From Myxococcales bacterium (GTDB taxonomy: Bacteria; Myxococcota_A; Bradymonadia; Bradymonadales; Bradymonadaceae): 54,767 nucleotides of DNA. Made by a program: the position numbers and the translations under genes. Position 1 is the stretch's first letter; the number at the start of each line of letters is the position of its first letter. The stretch spans positions 1 to 54,767 of the forward strand of contig SKQC01000102.1 of assembly GCA_007119175.1 (NCBI GenBank), read 5' to 3'. The notes under the pieces were generated by a model that made no database searches, was not told where the DNA came from, and saw only the letters and a program-made list of their open reading frames with translations. Of the stretch, positions 51,501-54,767 are shown one piece after another.

Positions 51501-54500
51501 TGCTTCGACATACGAGGCAAACGCTTCGGCAGGGTCCTGAAGCTGCTCCTCGAGAATCGAGCCCACCTCTTTGTACAACTCGATCTTGCGTTCTGGCTCA
51601 TGGCTGGCCTCGATTAACAATCGATGCACATGGACCAGACTCTCCCACTGCTCTTTGCTCTCATATAGCGGCTGAAGGACTCGGGCGGCCTCCGCTTCGT
51701 TGTCACCGCGCTCGACCATCTCCTCAAGGGCCCATACCGAGGCGCCGTGCTCCGGGTTTCGCTCCAGAATTTCACGATATATTTCGATGGCGCGAAGCCC
51801 ATCTCCCAGATGCTCCTCCCACAGTCGACCAACGCGATATTGCAGCGCCTCAGTTTCGTCGCCATCGGCGGACAACTCGAGCTGACGCTCTAAGATCTCC
51901 AGCAACTCGTGCCACTGCTCCGTGGCTTCAAACAGCTCGTCGAGCTTCTCCAGGGCGCCACGCTGTTCGGGATCGAGCTCCGTGATCTGGCGGTACATCT
52001 CGATGGCATCCTGCGGCTGCTCAAGATGCTCTTGATAAATCGCCCCCATCACAAATAGAAGGTCTTTTCGCCCCTCATCGTCATCGGCCAGCTCGAGTTT
52101 GCGTCGATAGACATCGAGCAGGTCATGCCATCGTTCCAGCGAGGTATATAATACCTCAAGCCGGTCGATGGAGTGGCTATCGGCCTCGTCGATGGCCAGA
52201 GTCCGATTATAGATATCGATGGCATCTTGCGGACTCTCCAGGATATCCTCATAGAGCGTCCCGGCCTGATGAAGCAGCTCTACTCTGGCCTCATCCTCTT
52301 CGACGAGCTCCGATTTCGTCACCAGAATATCGACGAGATCGGCCCATTGTTGGGTCTCGCGATAGATGGCCTCCAATTCTTCGACCGTCTCCAGATCGGC
52401 GGGAAATAACTCCAGCACGGCGTGAAGCCGCTCGGTAGCCATATCCAACTCACCGAGTGGCTCGATATAAACGGCGGCCGCCCGGCGAAGCATATCGCGC
52501 TGTACGTCGGGATCGATCTGTTCTTCGGCTTCCCTCTCAAAGACCCCGACCAGCTCGGCATGACCGTCGCCTTCTGCCGCGAGACGATACAGGTGATCAA
52601 GGGTGCTCTGCCCTTCGACATCGTCGCTCAACGCCCGTGCATAAGTACGAAAGGCCGACGCCACGTCGCCTCGCTCATCTTCATGCAACGAGGCGATGCG
52701 GTGAAGCAGCTCCGTGCGCTGCTCGGGATCGACGCGCTCCTCTACCTGCACCTCCAGGGCGCCAATGAGTCGCTCGGCATCGTCTCGTTCGACATATAGC
52801 GGCTCCATGATGCAACTGATGCGTTCGCGCGGCGCCGACTCCTTCTGCATCAACTCTTCCATGGCCCGATTGGCCATTTCATTGTCTTTTTCGGCCTCCA
52901 GAATCTCTTCGTAGAGATCGACGGCTCGCTCCGCATTTCCTAAATGAGCTTCCAGCACCTGGGCGAGCCGCGCCTTTACCTCGTGGCGTTTCGACTCGTC
53001 GACCAGCTCCAGCTCCGCTTCCAGATCTCGGGCCAACTCATCCCACATCCCCTCGTGCTCAAAGATGCGATCGAGATTAAAATAGGCGTCGAGATTCTCC
53101 GGATCCTCTTCCAGGATCGCTTCATAAATCTCGATGGCCCGCTGCGAATCCTCCAGCAACTCTTCCCAGATCTTTGCCTTGCGAAACCGAAGTTGCTGGA
53201 TTTCGTCCGGGTCATCAAACCACTCAATTTTGCGGTCCACCGCATCGAGCAGATCACGCCACGATTCGGTGCTGATAAACAACTCCTCGAGCTCGTCCAG
53301 GGCTCGGGCGTCCTCTGGACGCAGAGCATGAACTTCCTCGAGATAGCGCTGTGCTTCACCGTATTCCTGGCGATAGTCGGCGTTGACCTGGGCCAGTGTA
53401 TAATAGTAGTCGACGCGAAGATCCTCATCGTCGATATGGGGCGTGATCTCCTCGCATAAATCAACGTAGCGATCCCACGACTCCAGCGCATGAGCGATGC
53501 GATATAGCTGCTCACGACCGTCTTCGTCGCCGGGACTGAGGTGGATCACCTTTCCATAGCTATCGAATGCCCGGGGCGCGTCACCGATCTCTTCGATTAA
53601 CAGCGCTCCGATACGGCGGTGCAATTCACGGGCCTCGCTGTCCTCGTCGGCTTCGTCGGCCTGGATACTGAGCACGTCGATCAACGACTCCCACTGCCCG
53701 AATACCTCGTAGACCGGCTCCAGAATATCCGTTACCAATCCGCTATAAAGGCTGTCCTCCAGCAGTGCCTCCACGACCTCGAGGGCCTCCGCGTGGTCGG
53801 GACGCCAGTGCAAGACCTTACCCAGGGCGCCGACGGCTTCTTCCACCTCGTCGAGATGCTCGATGCAGACTGTGCCGAGTTCAAAGCGAAGCGCCGTGAG
53901 GGTCTCGATTTCCTCTTCGCGATAGGTGGCCGGCGCATCGAGATCGATGGCATCAAGATCGGTTTCACCGACCTCATCTGCCGTCTGTGAGTCCGCCTCC
54001 TCCACATCGCTGATTTCATCCGCCATTGCCGCTTCGTCGGAGGTCTCGTCGACCTCGATGTCCGCCGCCTCAACGACTTCTTCGGGCTCGCTGCCCTCGC
54101 CTTCGTCGTGCAGATCGGCAAGGACGTCATCGACGCCCTCGTCACTGCCGGTAAATTCGTCACCAAAGCCGGAATCGACGGGCTCAGTAGAGGCATTGCC
54201 GATGATCTGAGCGGGCTCGACGCTCTGGCGCTCGCGCTGTCGGGCCGCCGTGCGCGCTGTGCGCTCAATGAGATCGATCTCCTGACGGATCACCTCCGCC
54301 AGATCGGCATAGTCGCCCTCATCACTGTATAAACGGTGAAGTTCTGCCAGCGTCTGTGCGTTTCGGCCATCGAGTTCGAGCGCCTCGTTATATCGAGCGA
54401 TGGCAGTCGTCGTATCGCCGGCTTCTACTTCGGCGATCTCTGCCATTCCCTGCAGGATTCCGACCCGAGCATCGACGTCGCTCTCCAATTCCAGTCGGTG

Positions 54501-54767
54501 ACGGTAGACCTTCATCAACTCGTCCCACCGCTCACTGCGCCGGTAAATTCCCTCCATCGCTTCCAGTGCGGCGAGGTTTTCCTCCTCCACTTCCAGAATG
54601 GCCTCGAATTGCGTCAGCGCCGCATCGAGGTGCTCGACTTCCTCAGAGAGCACCCGTCCAAGCAGAAGGCGAAGCCGCAACTCATCGGCGGTCTCACGCT
54701 CCTCCTGGAGGGCCTCGCGATAATGATCCACCAGCGTCGGCCAGGAGTCAGATTCTCCGGCAGCCTC
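45546..54767 (-). CDS. Giant TPR-repeat protein (>3070 aa, N-terminus outside window), AgmK/GltI-like
   Basis: Frame stays open to the window end (EAAGESDSWPTLVDHY...); dozens of repeats of the type A..Y..VL..DP....AL..LE.LY.....W..L; non-repetitive C-terminal domain. Confidence 0.88.
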   Translation of the reverse strand, partial: EAAGESDSWPTLVDHYREALQEERETADELRLRLLLGRVLSEEVEHLDAALTQFEAILEVEEENLAALEAMEGIYRRSERWDELMKVYRHRLELESDVDARVGILQGMAEIAEVEAGDTTTAIARYNEALELDGRNAQTLAELHRLYSDEGDYADLAEVIRQEIDLIERTARTAARQRERQSVEPAQIIGNASTEPVDSGFGDEFTGSDEGVDDVLADLHDEGEGSEPEEVVEAADIEVDETSDEAAMADEISDVEEADSQTADEVGETDLDAIDLDAPATYREEEIETLTALRFELGTVCIEHLDEVEEAVGALGKVLHWRPDHAEALEVVEALLEDSLYSGLVTDILEPVYEVFGQWESLIDVLSIQADEADEDSEARELHRRIGALLIEEIGDAPRAFDSYGKVIHLSPGDEDGREQLYRIAHALESWDRYVDLCEEITPHIDDEDLRVDYYYTLAQVNADYRQEYGEAQRYLEEVHALRPEDARALDELEELFISTESWRDLLDAVDRKIEWFDDPDEIQQLRFRKAKIWEELLEDSQRAIEIYEAILEEDPENLDAYFNLDRIFEHEGMWDELARDLEAELELVDESKRHEVKARLAQVLEAHLGNAERAVDLYEEILEAEKDNEMANRAMEELMQKESAPRERISCIMEPLYVERDDAERLIGALEVQVEERVDPEQRTELLHRIASLHEDERGDVASAFRTYARALSDDVEGQSTLDHLYRLAAEGDGHAELVGVFEREAEEQIDPDVQRDMLRRAAAVYIEPLGELDMATERLHAVLELFPADLETVEELEAIYRETQQWADLVDILVTKSELVEEDEARVELLHQAGTLYEDILESPQDAIDIYNRTLAIDEADSHSIDRLEVLYTSLERWHDLLDVYRRKLELADDDEGRKDLLFVMGAIYQEHLEQPQDAIEMYRQITELDPEQRGALEKLDELFEATEQWHELLEILERQLELSADGDETEALQYRVGRLWEEHLGDGLRAIEIYREILERNPEHGASVWALEEMVERGDNEAEAARVLQPLYESKEQWESLVHVHRLLIEASHEPERKIELYKEVGSILEEQLQDPAEAFASYVEALETEPGRQEILETLERLAVELDAWEVLIEQIDERLDDITDFEVVASLNLRVARIYEEELHQAPPAIERFQKVLEVEPGRKEAILALDRLYQQEGQWEELAEILKTRIYNSEDLEKTLELRLRLGTLYQMALEQPESAIATYQEVLLEEPENPTAIENLEQMFMEGRAVERCADILEPFYLERGQHEKVVEIYLHRLEMIDDPFQRFDLLMQVAGIYLDQLDDVDEALGAYGGALVERPDDEQVLAEIERLAEVTQDWGKAAEIYADALESPHNTDDTLLGLWIRLATVLDERMESYQDAEMAYLQALELDPTHEKALKALDRIYADQARWEDLAGILERRIDGAYDEFEVVELNYQLAQVFQDQLTDFERAVETYETMLSVQPDHEQALESLEQIHSALEAWEPLYDVLERRAQLTHDPDEQADYYGRMARIAEEMLERKLDAVDLWQRVTELQPDNRQALGELRRLYVDEERWEDLVAVLHREVELTVEPDEQLGLYESLGTIYGGYLHDEVAAQDAWNAALQINPVHLEALESLKELTTRQADYQQLAQIIERLISHDEVAQERKLSLWEELGEIQSEMLMNPPAAIDAWKNVLSLNPEHDQALDELEQLYLQEAHWEEAAHILGMKADRAVDDETRLMYLTRVADLWQTKLMEPDEAVRYLQMILEIDPTNMDASRSLETIYQEQGSEEAMAELAGLYLDRAEIVDDVFARVDNLRHAARIFEEHLGQPENSLLVILSAVDADTLDDEELMGEVERLTRETGLWEEAIERFEAVVDELGDTPEAADLHTQIGKWYANELDQPDDGAYHLQRARMIEPDNQEVLRTLEELYRELASWPELAQILQTRVELTSDPEEQAELWRALGELFEMQMADLEQSIAAYREILVIDPTDILAMESLERVYEAFGHWEELVDILGRKAEATYDPDLIVEIKSRAASIWEEELQDEAQAIAAYRDVLTVDQAHIPSLQALERLYTQSGEWDELIDIYQQQLSLTHEPDEQVQLYGKMASVFENHFEDLDRAVEAYNNVLMVDPGSTTAIENLERLYRDLERWFELVDTLQRHIELVDDRDKKVGLYSELGQLQQHEVGDPHAAIEAYEQAVELDPVSPGIWAELAALHEETSNWERAVDAYERLVEQVDDDSYRAEVYHRLGALLEGQLHDHASAEDAYMSALRVEPTHPDVLEAVRELLGTQQHWDSLIRVLKEAVEAERDLDAKAALLAEIGKVYEENVGDEVNALSYYEEALENNPRLSAAALPLIEVSFREQRYERAVPLLEMTLEEYRSAEVDDEERHRRHLQLAQANEELAQPEEALQQYRKAYELLSTDRDTLQGFGRLLHERGELEQASKVLQSLQLHHEDKLEMAQLVDVYYRLGSIRQQLNDMRKAGDYFERALEIEQHHRPTLTKRIEVAEAQEKWDEVVDYSRWLMETEEDPKVRFATISRVGDLLANKLDRPPEAVAAYIEALEIEPNSVVVLRKLLDLYTKTKQWHEAVGILMRIIEQEDNQSRIAKYYYTAAVIYRDEIEDPMKAVELFEKALDVDAPNMLKAFEAIDRILTKLKSWRELARAYRKMLHRVNERDDEKMEYVKVQLWQNLGEVYRTRMGDYETAIEAYKIAVGLKEDDEKLRLILAELYEKDGTNVSGVIEQHRELIKLDRFRVESYRKLFKSYIETKEYDRAWCMAAALSFLQSASEQEETFFQKYLGASLPAAQGKFNQEMFKKLYHPDQDVLITYIMSVLGQGLRPLYSMKSIKDWGVHKRKDKLDLQEQRLFNKIYQYVTQTTNLLPAPQVYLKGDQALGMRNANIDPPTVIIGGDVHQKSDDRELAFIIGKSLTWMLPQHYMGSIGQPTEFLKMYFMALMDMTDPSLGLAKQMGEQGATCKQQIADIPGPMLVQAQKAMKKFLDKGENPNLSQWLKAAEHTSIRMGLLLSGNIHTAAACIKSDLVPISKASVKDKIREMVLFSISEEYFQLREDLGLAIGK

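Overview
About 55 kb of GC-rich chromosomal DNA with very acidic proteins. The gene content (Hanks-type Ser/Thr kinases, TPR/PEGA proteins, Cys-rich lipoproteins, a giant AgmK/GltI-like TPR protein) suggests a halophilic predatory deltaproteobacterium such as Bradymonadales; this taxonomy is inferred, not searched. The window holds a partial rlmD, an alpha-2-macroglobulin + pbpC pair, two kinase/TPR modules, gdhA with a two-subunit oxoprolinase/hydantoinase, ald plus an ECF sigma/anti-sigma pair, a nitroreductase, a divergent S8 protease lipoprotein, a minus-strand run (pepF, FNR-like reductase, zinc-ribbon protein, PDZ lipoprotein, membrane proteins, parvulin PPIase), cls, mutY, a RodZ-like HTH protein, a probable outer-membrane beta-barrel, rsmI and a partial >3000 aa TPR gene. 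No CRISPR array, prophage, tRNA/rRNA gene or transposase was recognised. The most notable items are: (1) a pbpC-coupled alpha-2-macroglobulin without the thioester CxEQ motif; (2) a ~196 bp MITE-like element beside a structured repeat-containing leader upstream of ald; (3) a kinase + exported TPR-like protein pairing that occurs twice with a shared C-terminal ...RF tail; (4) small 10-Cys lipoproteins, one antistasin-like; (5) a non-canonical subtilase.
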